Below are positions 10,843 to 21,006 of a stretch of DNA of 41,925 bases, piece by piece. Each line of letters starts with the position of its first letter. The first letter of the stretch is position 1. The translations under genes were made by a program, and so were the position numbers. This DNA is from Octopus bimaculoides (Eukaryota). The stretch lies in contig NC_068989.1 in assembly GCF_001194135.2 (NCBI RefSeq), positions 78,757,728 to 78,799,652 of the forward strand. Direction: 5' to 3'. Below the pieces are notes generated by a model. That model saw only the letters and a program-made list of their open reading frames with translations, ran no database searches and was not told where the DNA came from.

Positions 10843-13800
10843 CATTATTATTAAACCCTTTAGCATTCAACCCAGTCACAATCGGCCCTAATACTCAACA
10901 TGTTTTATGCTCAAACTGGTCAGATCTGGCCTCTTATACCTATCCTGTAGTGTCATTCCAAAAGTAAATAATCACATCATCAAAATTTCAAAGCTTTGAG
11001 GTAATGCATGATTAATTGAAAACAATGTGAATAAATAAGCGTTACATTTGATAAAATGATCTGAATGCTAAATGGGTAAATGGTTTTATAAGTTGTAAAG
11101 ATTAGATTAATTTCTTATTGCAAGAATCAACAAGGTACATTAAGTTACTGTATTTCTTATAATTAATGCTTGTGTAAAAGATTTTGTTATTGATGTATTC
11201 TGTCCGCTGAAGAAAATGGGAGAAATCTATATAAGCATATAACCTGAGTAAAAAAAAGACAAAATCTTCAGATTTGAAAGAAAAAATAATACGTAGTATG
11301 GCTAGAAATATTCTTTTCTTCTCTAGGCACAAGGCCTGAAATTTGGGGGGAGGGAACCAGTCGATTAAATCGACCCCAATTTATCGACCCCAAAAGGATG
11401 AAAGGTAAAGTCGACCTCAGCAGAATTTGAAAACGGAATGTAAAGACAAGCAAAATACCGCTAAGCATTTCGCTCAGCGTACTAACGTTTCTGCCAGCTC
11501 GCTGCCTTATGGCTAGAAATATTTTATCTACTATGGATGGGCAGCTGAACAAGTTAACAAATGAGAAGAGGGAAAAAGAAAGAGAGTAAGAAAGAAAGAC
11601 ACTTTACCTCTGTAGCCAGTGTAACCTTTGGAAAAGTTATCATTGTTTGGTGAGATAAACGATCCAATGATATAGGCAGACATTGATAAAAGTAATATTC
11701 CCAACAATATCAACTGAGCCTGAATTAAGAAAAATTAGAAAAGGTCTTGTTGGCATTTGCTATTCAGAAATAAATAGAAATAGTAGCAATTCAACTGAAA
11801 AAAGGCAAAATAACATCGGTTTTTTGGGGGGGAGGGTAAAGATATAAGAGTAACAAAAACAAAACATGAAAATCATCATCATCATTTAACGTCCGCTTTC
11901 CATGCTAGCATGGACTGGACAATTTGGCTGAGGACTGGCGAACCAGATGGCTGCACCAGGCTCCAATCTGATCTGGCAGAGTTTCTACAACTGGATGCCC
12001 TTCCTAACGCCAACCACTCTGAGAGTGTAGTGGGTGCTTTTACGTGCCACTGGCACGAAGGCCAGTCAGGCGGTACTGGCAACGGTCACACTCAAAATGA
12101 TGTTTTTTACATGCCACCTGCACAGGAGCCAGTCCAGTGACACAGGCAATGACCTTGCTGGTAACAATCACGCTCAAAAGGTGCTTTTTACATGCCACTG
12201 GCATGGAAGCCAGACAGCTGCTCTGGCAATGATCACACTCGGACAGTGCTGCTAACGACCCACTGGCACAGGTGCCAGTCATCGAATTTGGTTCAATTAC
12301 GATTTTGATAAACAAATTCTGATTGTATATGATATACACCTGACTGACAATGTGCATCTAGTAGATGGCAAGCATCCGGCAGATGAAGCACATCAAATAA
12401 ATATACGTGTGTGCATGTGTGTGTATGTGTGTGTGTGCATGTCTGTTCTTATCCTTTTTTCCAGTCACCCTTACAATGCTAGAGAATCCTCAACACCCAT
12501 CTTTCACAACCTACCCTAATGCTTTTCTATGTCATTGCCTCTTCTCAATAACTTATTAATCCCATCGCACTGTCCTGTCCCCTGCCATACAACCCTCCCA
12601 CCTTTTCACACACACAATCCTGTCTCCTTACTTACCATCCTTCACATGTGGAGGGAAGGATGGACGGAGGGGGTGTAACAGACAGATAAAGAGGGTTAAA
12701 AAAAGGGTAAGAGACTTACCCGTGCCTCCCACTCCATACCAATGATAGCTATACCCAGCAAAAGAGTAATCGTTATCACTCCTATGATCCGGATATCATT
12801 CACCTCATCAATTAATAAGGCATTGTTAGCCTGTAATTAAAAAAAAAATAATAATAATAATAATGAACAGATAAAGCAAAAAAGGACGAAGAAGCAACAA
12901 CAAAGTTATCACAGACTAATTACATTAAGTCAATAGTTAACGGATTGTTTATTTCTGATTATAGCAAACAAATTTGCTGGACAAGCTATAGTCTATTTCA
13001 GCTGTGTTCTAAAACAAAGTCTTGGATAAATCGATAAGGAATTAATGACCATCGTTGGAAACAAATTTGTGTATCTAGCGAGGATCTACTAAAACACATA
13101 ATAACAGAAAATTAAACGATTTTACAGTAGAATTCTGATGCATTTATTTTAAAACCACTTTACATCAGTTAACATCTGTCCCATAATGGCTGAGCAGAGA
13201 TGATGCATTAAGAAATTTAGATATTTATACATGAACGGTGGCTGATTTTAAACCATTACTGAAGACTGAGTTTACAAATAGCAATAACCATGCCTGAGAT
13301 AACCCTCACTGACTTCAATATTATCACTAACATAAACAAATGGCTATAAATATGAAGAGAATATATACAGAATCCACCAAAAATATGTATATACGCTTCA
13401 GGAAAGGAAAAATCTGTATAAGTATTTTAATTCAGTGTTATTGCAATTTGATAAAGCATCAAAAGAAGTATTTATATTTATTGGGGTACTTATAAATGTT
13501 AAATATTTGTACAAATTTTACCTTTCTTGAAGTGTGTATACCTTATTTTTGACAGACTCTGTAGTTAGCCAGACTAACCCTAGTACTTCCCTGATACATA
13601 TTTTACCAATAGCAGAAAATGAAAAGAAAAGTAATCCTTGAAAGATTTGATCTTAGAATATAAGGAAGTCTAACTAAATCATCATCATCATCATCATCAT
13701 TTAACGTCCACTTTCCAAGCTGGCATGGGTTGGATGGTTTGACTGAGGACTGGCAAGCCAGAAGGCTGCACCAGACTCAAATCTGATCTGGCAAAGTTTC

Positions 13801-16800
13801 TACAGCTGGATGCCCTTCCTAATGCCAACCACTCTGAGAGTGTAGTGGGTGTTTTTATGCGCCACCAGCATCAGAGCTAGTCAGGCAGTACTGGCAATGA
13901 CCATGCTCAAAAGGTGATTTTACGTGCCACCTGCATGGGAGCCAGTCCGTCGGCACTGGCAATGACCACACTTGAATGTTGTTTTTTACACGCCACAGGC
14001 ATGTGCCAGTAAGCCGATGCTGGCAACGATCACACTTGAATGGTGCTTTTTACATGCCACCGGCATTGGAGCCAGTCAGCAGCCTTGGCAACGATCACGC
14101 TCAGAAAGTGCATTTAACGTTCCACTGGCACAAGTGCCAATCAGGCAGTACTGTCACCGGCCATGTCAGCAATTTTGGTTTCACTTGCCTCAACAGGTCT
14201 TCACAAGCAAAGTTTATTGTCCAATGAATGAAGGGTACTCATAAGTGGGCTGGTTATACACCACTGGCATAGGCCATGTGTTATGGTCTCACTTGGCTTG
14301 CCGGGTCTTCTCAAGCACAGCGTATCTCCAAAGGTCTCAGTCACTAGCCATCTCTACCAATTCTGTTAACTGAAAGCCCTTACCAATGTAAAACCAAGAA
14401 TTCTCAGATTTTATAATGACCAGTGTGTAGTGGACTTAACTAAAAACCACATGAATAAACCATGTGGATGCTTGCATTTGGTTTGGGGTCTTAGCAGATG
14501 AGAGATAAATCTCCCACCAGCTAAAATGTCAGTGTAATGAAAACAGCATAGTCAAAAATTCCGATATACTTGACAGCAAAATATTATAAAGAAAATAATT
14601 GCTGAAAATTAAGCTTGCAGCACACATGAAGTTACACAACAAAATGCCTAAAGAGGATTTGGTCTAAAGACTTATATAAGTGTTATCTGTCCACTTCACC
14701 TATTTTATTTTTGCAACTGTCAAAATACACAAGGCACTCAAGCATGAATTAAGAGACATACAACTTGCTGAGATGAAAGGGTTCAGTCAAGCAGATCAAT
14801 ATTAATGATACTTATTCTATGAATTCAGGAAAGATGTAAGGTAAAGTTGATCACAAAGAAATTGCAATGCAGTACAATGAATTTTAATGCCAGTTACATT
14901 AAAAGAAGCAATTCCTACATTTTAAAGCCTACAGCATTTAAATTATCAACAAGTAGTAAAAAGAAAACAACTGTTTATTGATCTTTTGAATCTTATTTAA
15001 GGATAAATATTTTATTTGATGTAATACCATAAATTCTCGAGTATAATACGCAGGGGATTTTTAGGGGGCTGTACCTCTGAAAAACCTAAACCTTGTGTAT
15101 AATACACACCCCTTCTCTAACTTGAGTCAAGGAGGTCTATATAACGTCCTTGGTTTGTAAACATATATACAGTAACGTCCTTTATCATTATTGTATATAT
15201 AACATAATGCAAGTTATGGATGATTCTTTTATGACTTCATTGCTCAAGCATAGCTTAAGGTATTTTCGCGCCCAACATCACAAATTGTGTCTGAATAAAC
15301 ATTGCCGGACAGCAAATAGAGACTTGGACATTGGTTAGAAAATATTTTTCATTTTTAACCTCATATATAGTACGCACTAGGGATTTTGACCTTTAAATTT
15401 TGGGAAAAAAATGCGATTATACTTGAGGATTTACAGTAATCTAATTTTCATATATACATACATTANNNNNNNNNNNNNNNNNNNNNNNNNNNNNNNNNNN
15501 NNNNNNNNNNNNNNNNNNNNNNNNNNNNNNNNNNNNNNNNNNNNNNNNNNNNNNNNNNNNNNNNNNNNNNNNNNNNNNNNNNNNNNNNNNNNNNNNNNNN
15601 NNNNNNNNNNNNNNNNNNNNNNNNNNNNNNNNNNNNNNNNNNNNNNNNNNNNNNNNNNNNNNNNNNNNNNNNNNNNNNNNNNNNNNNNNNNNNNNNNNNN
15701 NNNNNNNNNNNNNNNNNNNNNNNNNNNNNNNNNNNNNNNNNNNNNNNGCTGGAAGAGTTACAAGTTTCTCAATCATAGAGAGTGTAAAACTCTGTTTTCT
15801 ATCTTTTATTTCTCTCCTGCTCTAAACATTGGGATACTTCACTGCAATGTTTGAATGAACCTTCTAAGTGTAGATTTGCTCAACAAATATATCTATACAT
15901 CTTTAAACATCACTTGGAGAAAGTGAAACAAAAACAGACCAATCAGATTTCAGCTTTTATTTTGTTTCAATTTTTTTTTTTTTTCTAAAGAACTGCTGAG
16001 TCAAATGTTCAAAATAGTAACCAATTAATAACAGTAGCAGCAGCAACAGCATTATCACATTCTAAATATTGGAAGGGATCGATGGTTTTTTTTCCATATA
16101 TCTACTTGACATTATTTTTATCTTCATCAACACTGTGTACGATTTTAATAACAAGAAACTATAGAGAAAGGAAAAGGTCATGAAGGAAAATTATTTCATT
16201 TACTTACTTTCAACAAATCTCTCACCGTCTCAGCAAATCCTACGACATACATAGCTATTGCAACAGCATTGGCAATAGAAAACACTATACCAATAGCACC
16301 ACCAAACTCAGGCCCAAGACTTCTGGATATCAAATAATAAGCACCACCTGGAAGGAAACGAGAGAATATCAATGAATTCATGCAAGAAGAATATTTCTAA
16401 TGAATCCCTTTTTTAACATTTCAGCATCTTTTACATCAGATTCTAGCTTTTATGCAAAACAGGGGTTTCAACCTAACAGAGGGACCCACACCTTCAGGGG
16501 ATTTTAAGGTGATATTTCATGAATGGGGTTACAAAGAGGGACGCATTTATTTCCTTAAAATTAACTAACATTTTCATCTTTAAACTTTTTATTACTATAG
16601 TTCAGATGAAACACTGCTTTTGTTTCAATTGATTTTCAAAATAATCCTTTCTACTGTAGGCACAAGGCCTGAAACTTTACGGGAGGGAGCTAGCTGATAA
16701 CATCAACCCTAGTGCTTGACTGGTACTTATTTAAGTGACCCTGAAAGTATGAAAGCAACGTCAACCTCAGTGGAATTTGAACTCAGAATGTAAAACCAGA

Positions 16801-19662
16801 TAAATGCCATAAAGTATTTTGTCTGGCATGCTCAACATAATAATCCTTTCATTTATAGGCACAAAGCTTGAAATTTTAGGAGAGAGGTCGAACTGATTAC
16901 ATTGACCCCAGTGCTTAACCTGTACTTAATTTATTGACCCTAAAAGGACTAAAAGCAAAGTCAACTGTGGCAGAATTTGAACTCAGAATGTAGAGGCAGA
17001 CAAAATGCCACAAAGTATTTTGTCCAGTATGGTAATAATTCTGCTAGTTTGCCACTTTACTAATCTTCAAAATAATAAAATCCAAATTATACAGCCTTGA
17101 ATTGGCTGTTGGAACTATTAGACAGAAAATATTTGAAAGCCTGTCAAACAACTGCATGCGTGCGTGTGCAGAGCTATCTTAGCAACATAACAGGCCCCCA
17201 AGCAAATTAATGCACTGAGCCCTATATTATTTATATACTGACAGCAAGCTACAACATATATAGATTAGAACTGGGTTCCCTGATTCATGAGGCTCTTAGA
17301 TATCTGCCCAGTATGCCTGTGCCTTAAGACAGCACTGTATGTATGAGAGAGAGAAAGAGAGAATGAGTGTATGTGTGAAAGTAAGTTTGTTTGTATGTGT
17401 GAACCCTGATTTTGTGTGCCCTTCATTAAACTATGAACATAGGGTAGTGATGTTGTTGATGTTCCCCAATGAAAAACATTTTAGCTGTCCAGCAACATGT
17501 GATGACCAGTGGAATAATGAAAGTGCTGCAACAACAATGCAAGGTGCGAAAAAGAGAAATTGAAAGCAATAAGTAACGTGTGAGCAGCAGAAAGAGATCT
17601 GCTGACCTTACCTCCTTTCACTTCTCCATTGGTGCAAATGGCTGACATGGATAAGGTGGTAATCGTTGTCACAACAGCAGCCAGCAATATGACCACCGTA
17701 GAGAGTCCAATGCCAGCTTGACCAACCACCCATGAGAGACGCAGAAACAGCATCACACCCCAGATGTTGAGCAGACATCGTACCTAAGAATACATCAATC
17801 GATATATACAAAAGACATCCAAGAGAGAAAGAAATGAGAGTAACAAACAAAGGAAGAAAGACAGAAAGCAGAGTTTCAAATTTTGACACAAGGACAGCAG
17901 TTTTAGAAGAGGGGACCAAGTCTATTACATCAACCCCAGTAATTGACTGGTACTTTATTTTATCAGCCTTGAAAGAATGAAAGGCAAAGTTCACCTCAGC
18001 AGAATTTAAACACAAAGGCTGGCATCAACCACATTCAAATGGTGCTTTTTATGTGCCAGTGGAACAGGGAGCCAGTCAGGGAGCACTGGCAATGACCCAT
18101 ACATGAATGGTGCTTATTGCATGCCACCAGCACGAGAGCCAGTCAGGCAGCACTGGCATTGGCCACAACAATTTCCATTTGATTGTGATTTGATCTTTGG
18201 TTTTGATTTTTTCATGTTCCACCGGCACATGTGCCAGTAAGGTGACGCTGGCAACAATCACATTCAAATGGTGCTTTTCACATGTCACCAGCATGGGAGC
18301 CAATCCGTGGACCTGGCAACGATCATGCTCAGATGTGCTCTTAATGTTCCACTGGCACGAGTGCCAATCAGGTGGTTCTGTCATCAGCCACGTCAGCGGT
18401 TCTAAATTACCCCCAGAGCTATGCTAGCAGAGCACAACCTTCTGGTAGGGAATCTTATGCTGGACAGGTCACACAAATATGGACAACCTCTCCAGTCTGA
18501 GTAGGGCTACAAACAAAAATTAAATAAATAAAGGTACAGAAGCATCAATGATAATGTTAAAGTGCCTTGCTCAAGGACAAAATGCACCACCTAGTTTAGG
18601 AATTGAACCCATGACCTAATTAGTATGAGTCCAACACTCTAAGCAATAGGTTGCATGCCTTCACATGTATATGTAAAAGAAAGAAAAAAAAACCTTTCAT
18701 CCATCTACCCGTCTTCGTTGCCTCACCCCTACCCCATTCGAAGGAGGATTGTGGGGGCAGAACCCCCAGGCACGTCTTCAATAGGATCTTATTTAAAGCA
18801 GCTATCATTATACTTTTAAGCAGGATTTTCAAGTGCAACCAACTGGGACTATGGATATCATCCAATTGTCTTGGCCATGGTTTACCCCAATGTGAAGTCG
18901 CATGGCTCAGTGGTTAGAGCATCGAGCTTACCATCGTGAGGTTGTGAGTTTGATTCTCAGAGGGGCTGTTGTGTTCTTGAGCAAGACACTTTATTTCACA
19001 TTGCTCCAGTTCGCTCATCTGTAGAATTGAGTTGTGAAATCACTGGTGCCAAGCTGTATTGGCCTTTGCTTTTCCCTTGGATAACAGCAGTGACGTGATG
19101 AGGGGAGGCTGGTATGCATGGGCGACTGCTGGTCTTCCATAAACAACCTTACCAGGACTTGTGCCTCAAGGGTAACTTTCTAAGTCCAATCCCATGGTCA
19201 TTCATGACCGAAGGGGGTCTCCCTGGTCTACCCCTATGTCTCCTGCTAGTGGGCTCAACTTCAAGAATCTGCCTTGCGATTCTTTCTCGCAACCTTCTAA
19301 TCCCATGCCCATGATTCCAGAGCTGTGAAGTGGCAGCTCAACCTGGAGAGACTTTCTGACCTTTGAATTATGCACTCTGTTATTAAAAATAATGAAAAAG
19401 CCTTAAACAGAATAGAAATAAATAAAAATTTGAATTCCAGAAGGAAATAAAAAATACTAAAAACATTGGATTGCAGGAAATAAAATAAAATTTAATAAAC
19501 AGGGATAAAAAAAAAGAATTTTATGCTTACCAAAACGCCTTTTATCCATCCGAACTTGGTAGCAGCTTGAGGTGCACTTGAAGAAGCAGTAGTAACCTCT
19601 TTACCCCCTCTCTCTTCGTCTGGCAATAATGGAGCAGCAACTTTGTTCTTCTGCTCATCATC
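1892..19662 (-). CDS. SLC12A2: Na-K-2Cl cotransporter (SLC12/NKCC-type), multi-exon, partial: 14 exons, 638 aa; 3' exons outside the window, 5' end uncertain
   Basis: 14 exons join with matching splice phases and GT-AG boundaries. Motifs: [102 protein letters not shown]. The Na-site serines (TLSS) and K-site Tyr (AMY) are present, which fits NKCC rather than KCC or NCC. Orthology to SLC12A1/2/3 needs a tree. Confidence 0.95.
2247..2334 (-). mobile_element. Inverted HH-SINE body fragment upstream of copy 1
   Basis: Reverse complement reads TCGAAAAATACC...CAAGACACCTGATGAAGGCTGGAGGGTATATCAGTCAAAACATG. Confidence 0.78.
2393..2643 (+). mobile_element. tRNA-headed SINE with hammerhead-like tail (HH-SINE), copy 1
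   Basis: A-box-like AGCGTAGTGG, B-box GTTCAATTCC, (AAT)n spacer, ACAC-CTGATGA...GAAA, ATGTAAATA tandem tail. Confidence 0.8.
2784..2895 (-). CDS. SLC12A2: NKCC exon, 112 nt ([17 protein letters not shown]...CNVIV)
   Basis: ATGTAG|A acceptor. The donor GTG|GTTCGT was chosen because it gives phase 0 and matches the homologous exon length; a donor 3 nt earlier is also possible. Confidence 0.9.
3664..3763 (-). CDS. SLC12A2: NKCC exon, 100 nt ([10 protein letters not shown]...EDHIKNF)
   Basis: TGTTAG|AT acceptor, TCAG|GTGAGT donor; phase 1/2. Confidence 0.95.
3885..4547 (+). mobile_element. Tc1/mariner DD37D (maT-like) transposase remnant with right end
   Basis: [16 protein letters not shown]...[11 protein letters not shown]...[15 protein letters not shown]; 37 residues between QD and the terminal acidic position; the element ends CACCTTG|TA. 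Confidence 0.75.
4621..4958 (+). mobile_element. SINE family C (tRNA-like head)
   Basis: TGGCTCAGTGG A box, GTTCAAATCCC B box, CTTGAGCAAGACACTTTATTTCAC body. Confidence 0.82.
5244..5399 (-). CDS. SLC12A2: NKCC exon, 156 nt ([17 protein letters not shown]...HHRKP; TM11-12)
   Basis: ATGCAG|GA acceptor, CCAG|GTGAGT donor; phase 1/1. Confidence 0.96.
5452..5640 (-). mobile_element. SINE family B
   Basis: GAATTTGAACTCAGAA (B-box complement) plus CACAAGGCC...CCCCAG..TACTTATTTT body, shared by more than 10 copies. Confidence 0.75.
5641..6057 (-). mobile_element. SINE family A, near full length
   Basis: Head, internal (TA/TG)n and AAAGAAT tail shared with 28818 and 34901. Confidence 0.8.
6458..6559 (-). 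CDS. SLC12A2: NKCC exon, 102 nt ([22 protein letters not shown]...NSP; TM10)
   Basis: CCTCAG|GT acceptor, CCGG|GTATGT donor; phase 1/1. Confidence 0.95.
6766..6889 (-). CDS. SLC12A2: NKCC exon, 124 nt ([10 protein letters not shown]...IAFICI; TM9)
   Basis: TTTCAG|GCT acceptor, ATAG|GTGAGT donor; phase 0/1. Confidence 0.94.
7073..7412 (-). mobile_element. SINE family E, single copy here
   Basis: B-box-like GGTTTCGATTCCC on the minus strand at ~7395-7408, a CpG-rich body and a (CAA)n tail; its head is interrupted by HH-SINE copy 2. Confidence 0.55.
7440..7700 (+). mobile_element. HH-SINE copy 2 (head partly duplicated at 7414-7435)
   Basis: TGGCATAGTGG A box, GTTCGGTTCC B box, (AAC/AAT)n, hammerhead motif at 7608-7651, tail. 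Confidence 0.82.
7608..7651 (+). ncRNA. Minimal type-I hammerhead ribozyme motif (best-preserved copy)
   Basis: CTGATGA at 7612-7618; stem II GGCTG/CAGCC; GAAA at 7640-7643; palindromic AACGTT stem III; stem I AAAC/GTGT here (ACAC in other copies). Confidence 0.65.
7908..8015 (-). CDS. SLC12A2: NKCC exon, 108 nt ([36 protein letters not shown]; TM8)
   Basis: CTGCAG|GTA acceptor, CAG|GTCAGT donor. Confidence 0.96.
8130..8645. repeat. (CAT/CAC)n compound microsatellite
   Basis: Read directly; contains a 10-N gap. Confidence 0.95.
9034..9255. mobile_element. piggyBac-type MITE, second family
   Basis: TTAA|CCCTTTCGTTAC ... GTAACAAAACGG|TTAA: 12-bp TIR with 2 mismatches and TTAA TSD. Confidence 0.7.
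9430..9690 (-). mobile_element. Family D-related diverged copy
   Basis: GGATGCCCTTCCTAATGCCAACC motif; GATGGTTTGACAGGAGC duplicated. Confidence 0.6.
9833..10050 (-). mobile_element. LINE ORF2 linker fragment (RTE/CR1-like)
   Basis: LWMFKDP...[10 protein letters not shown]...[13 protein letters not shown] resembles the post-endonuclease LINE linker; recognition is from memory only. Confidence 0.45.
10186..10470 (-). CDS. SLC12A2: NKCC exon, 285 nt ([14 protein letters not shown]...[10 protein letters not shown]; TM7 plus large extracellular loop)
   Basis: TTTTAG|GAT acceptor, CAG|GTAAGT donor; NAT, NST and NCT sequons in the loop. Confidence 0.95.
10647..10771 (-). CDS. SLC12A2: NKCC exon, 125 nt ([12 protein letters not shown]...[19 protein letters not shown]; TM6)
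   Basis: TTGCAG|TT acceptor, AAG|GTGGCT donor; phase 1/0. Confidence 0.95.
10856..11076. mobile_element. piggyBac-type MITE
   Basis: Termini CCCTTTAGCATTCA / TGAATGCTAAATGGG in TTAA-like context; about 220 bp; non-coding. Confidence 0.65.
11316..11510 (-). mobile_element. SINE family B, full length
   Basis: Minus strand starts AAGGCAGCGAGCTGGCAGAAACGTTAG and contains the B box. Confidence 0.8.
11608..11719 (-). CDS. SLC12A2: NKCC exon, 112 nt ([11 protein letters not shown]...KGYTGYR; TM5)
   Basis: TTCAG|GCT acceptor, AGAG|GTAAAG donor; phase 0/1. Confidence 0.94.
11872..12309 (-). mobile_element. SINE-like family D with (GAT)n tail and internal ~60-65 bp tandem units
   Basis: CATCATCATTTAACGTCCGCTTTCCATGCTAGCATG...GGATGCCCTTCCTAACGCCAACC, then tandem GTGCCACnGGCAC units. 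Confidence 0.8.
12720..12830 (-). CDS. SLC12A2: NKCC exon, 111 nt ([17 protein letters not shown]...MEWEAR; TM4)
   Basis: TTACAG|GCT acceptor, CGG|GTAAGT donor; too short for the ORF track, read by hand. Confidence 0.95.
13681..14356 (-). mobile_element. SINE-like family D, longest copy
   Basis: As above, plus a 5' portion at 14170-14356. Confidence 0.8.
15027..15436. mobile_element. Tc1/pogo-type MITE, 410 bp
   Basis: TA|CCATAAATTCTCGAGTATAATACGCA ... TGCGATTATACTTGAGGATTTACAG|TA; imperfect ~25-bp TIR and TA TSD. Confidence 0.75.
16208..16347 (-). CDS. SLC12A2: NKCC exon, 140 nt ([16 protein letters not shown]...RDLLK; TM3)
   Basis: TTCCAG|GT acceptor, AAA|GTAAGT donor; phase 1/0. Confidence 0.96.
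16641..17058 (-). mobile_element. Two tandem SINE family B copies (junction ~16835)
   Basis: Two AATAATCCTTTC...GAATTTGAACTCAGAATGTA units. Confidence 0.78.
17612..17783 (-). CDS. SLC12A2: NKCC exon, 172 nt ([12 protein letters not shown]...TNGEVKG; TM1-TM2)
   Basis: TTCTTAG|GTA acceptor, GGAG|GTAAGG donor; phase 0/1. Confidence 0.96.
17880..18010 (-). mobile_element. SINE family B fragment
   Basis: Shared body sequence. Confidence 0.65.
18017..18400 (-). mobile_element. Family D tandem-unit array without tail
   Basis: About 5 units of GGTGCTTTT.ATGTGCCA..GGCAC..GAGCCAGTCAGG. Confidence 0.7.
18895..19222 (+). mobile_element. SINE family C
   Basis: Colinear with 4621-4958. Confidence 0.82.
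19531..19662 (-). CDS. SLC12A2: NKCC exon, 132 nt (DDEQKNK...KFGWIKGVL), phase 0/0
   Basis: TTGCAG|GAT acceptor, TTG|GTAAGC donor; KFGWIKGVL motif precedes TM1. Confidence 0.92.
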
Positions 19663-19986
19663 CTGCAATAAGACAAATACAAAATTACATCTATGTATGT
19701 ATATTGAAAAAATGCATATATGTGCACGTGCATTTGTGTGTTTACGCATGTACATTTGATAGATAGATGAATGGATGGGTGGATATACATATATGTATAC
19801 ATACATACATATGTATATACATACATATTTAATTCCATAACAGCTAACTCTGATGAGTGCAGGGTTTCATAATCAGATTATTACCTAACACACCACCAAA
19901 CCCCTAGTGTGAAACCAATTGGTAACAGGCTATAAGGGATATATAATACTGTACACTTCAATTAATATGTGTGTGTGTGTTATTTC

Positions 19987-20204
19987 TTTACTACCCACAA
20001 GGGGCTACACACAGAGGGGACAAACAAGGACAGACAAACACGGATTAAGTCGATTATATCGACCCTAGTGCGTAACTGGTACTTATTTAATCGACCCCCA
20101 AAGGATGAAAGGCAAAGTCGACCTCGGCGGAATTTGAACTCAGAACGTAGCGTCAGATGAAATACGGCTTGGCATTTCGCCCGGTGTGCTAACGTTTCTG
20201 CCAG
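19987..20204 (-). mobile_element. SINE family B variant, young-looking (CpG rich)
   Basis: GGCAAAGTCGACCTCGGCGGAATTTGAACTCAGAACG with a different 3' end. Confidence 0.75.
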
Positions 20205-20335
20205 NNNNNNNNNNNNNNNNNNNNNNNNNNNNNNNNNNNNNNNNNNNNNNNNNNNNNNNNNNNNNNNNNNNNNNNNNNNNNNNNNNNNNNNNNNNNNNNN
20301 NNNNNNNNNNNNNNNNNNNNNNNNNNNNNNNNNNN

Positions 20336-20374
<39 letters not shown>

Positions 20375-20750
20375 CTATTTATATATATTAATCCCCATTC
20401 CCTATTAAAACAGAAAATTGGTATTATCTGCTTTATATATATTTGGCATCATTTATTCCGTGTTACATGTTTCATTACCAAAAGCAGTTACATAGCTATA
20501 GATGTAGGAAAAACATGTAAAATATCTCCTACTGGTAATTCATGAGACCAAGAAATAAAATAATATAAACTTACATTCAACTGAGCTACAATATATATAG
20601 CATTGAATATTAATCGAGAGTCACATAATTAGAGAGAAGCAGAAAAAAGAAGCAGAAGTGATATATATATATACCTACTTGGCACCATGACAAAACATTA
20701 TCCCAAACAGAAACTACAGTACAGCTCAATATTTAAGAGATGAGGAACTA

Positions 20751-20880
20751 TGTACATTATTTACATTTGATGGATATTTATCCTCATCTTGTTTGTTGTT
20801 AACACAATGTTTCGGCTAATATACCCTCCAGCCTTCATTAGGTGTCTTGGGGAAATTTCGAACTACTATGCCATATCCCA
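20751..20880 (-). mobile_element. Inverted, internally deleted HH-SINE copy abutting copy 3 head-to-head
   Basis: Reverse complement of the tail (20751-20863) plus the first ~16 nt of the head (20865-20880). Confidence 0.8.
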
Positions 20881-20954
20881 TGGGCATATGGCATAGTGGT
20901 TAAGAGCGGGGGCTACTAACCCCAAGATTGTGAGTTCGATTCAAGGCAGTGACC

Positions 20955-21006
<52 letters not shown>

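Noticed and set aside
11990-12300. Tandem palindromic units resembling a CRISPR array
   Set aside because: There are no unique spacers, the units are degenerate parts of a dispersed eukaryotic SINE, and there are no cas genes
11910-12357. Recurrent ORFs ([25 protein letters not shown]...) at 11910, 32490 and 39485
   Set aside because: They are chance frames in family D SINE copies, with inconsistent starts, stops and frames
16478-16560. hAT-like left end CAGGGGTTTCAACC
   Set aside because: No matching right TIR or TSD found
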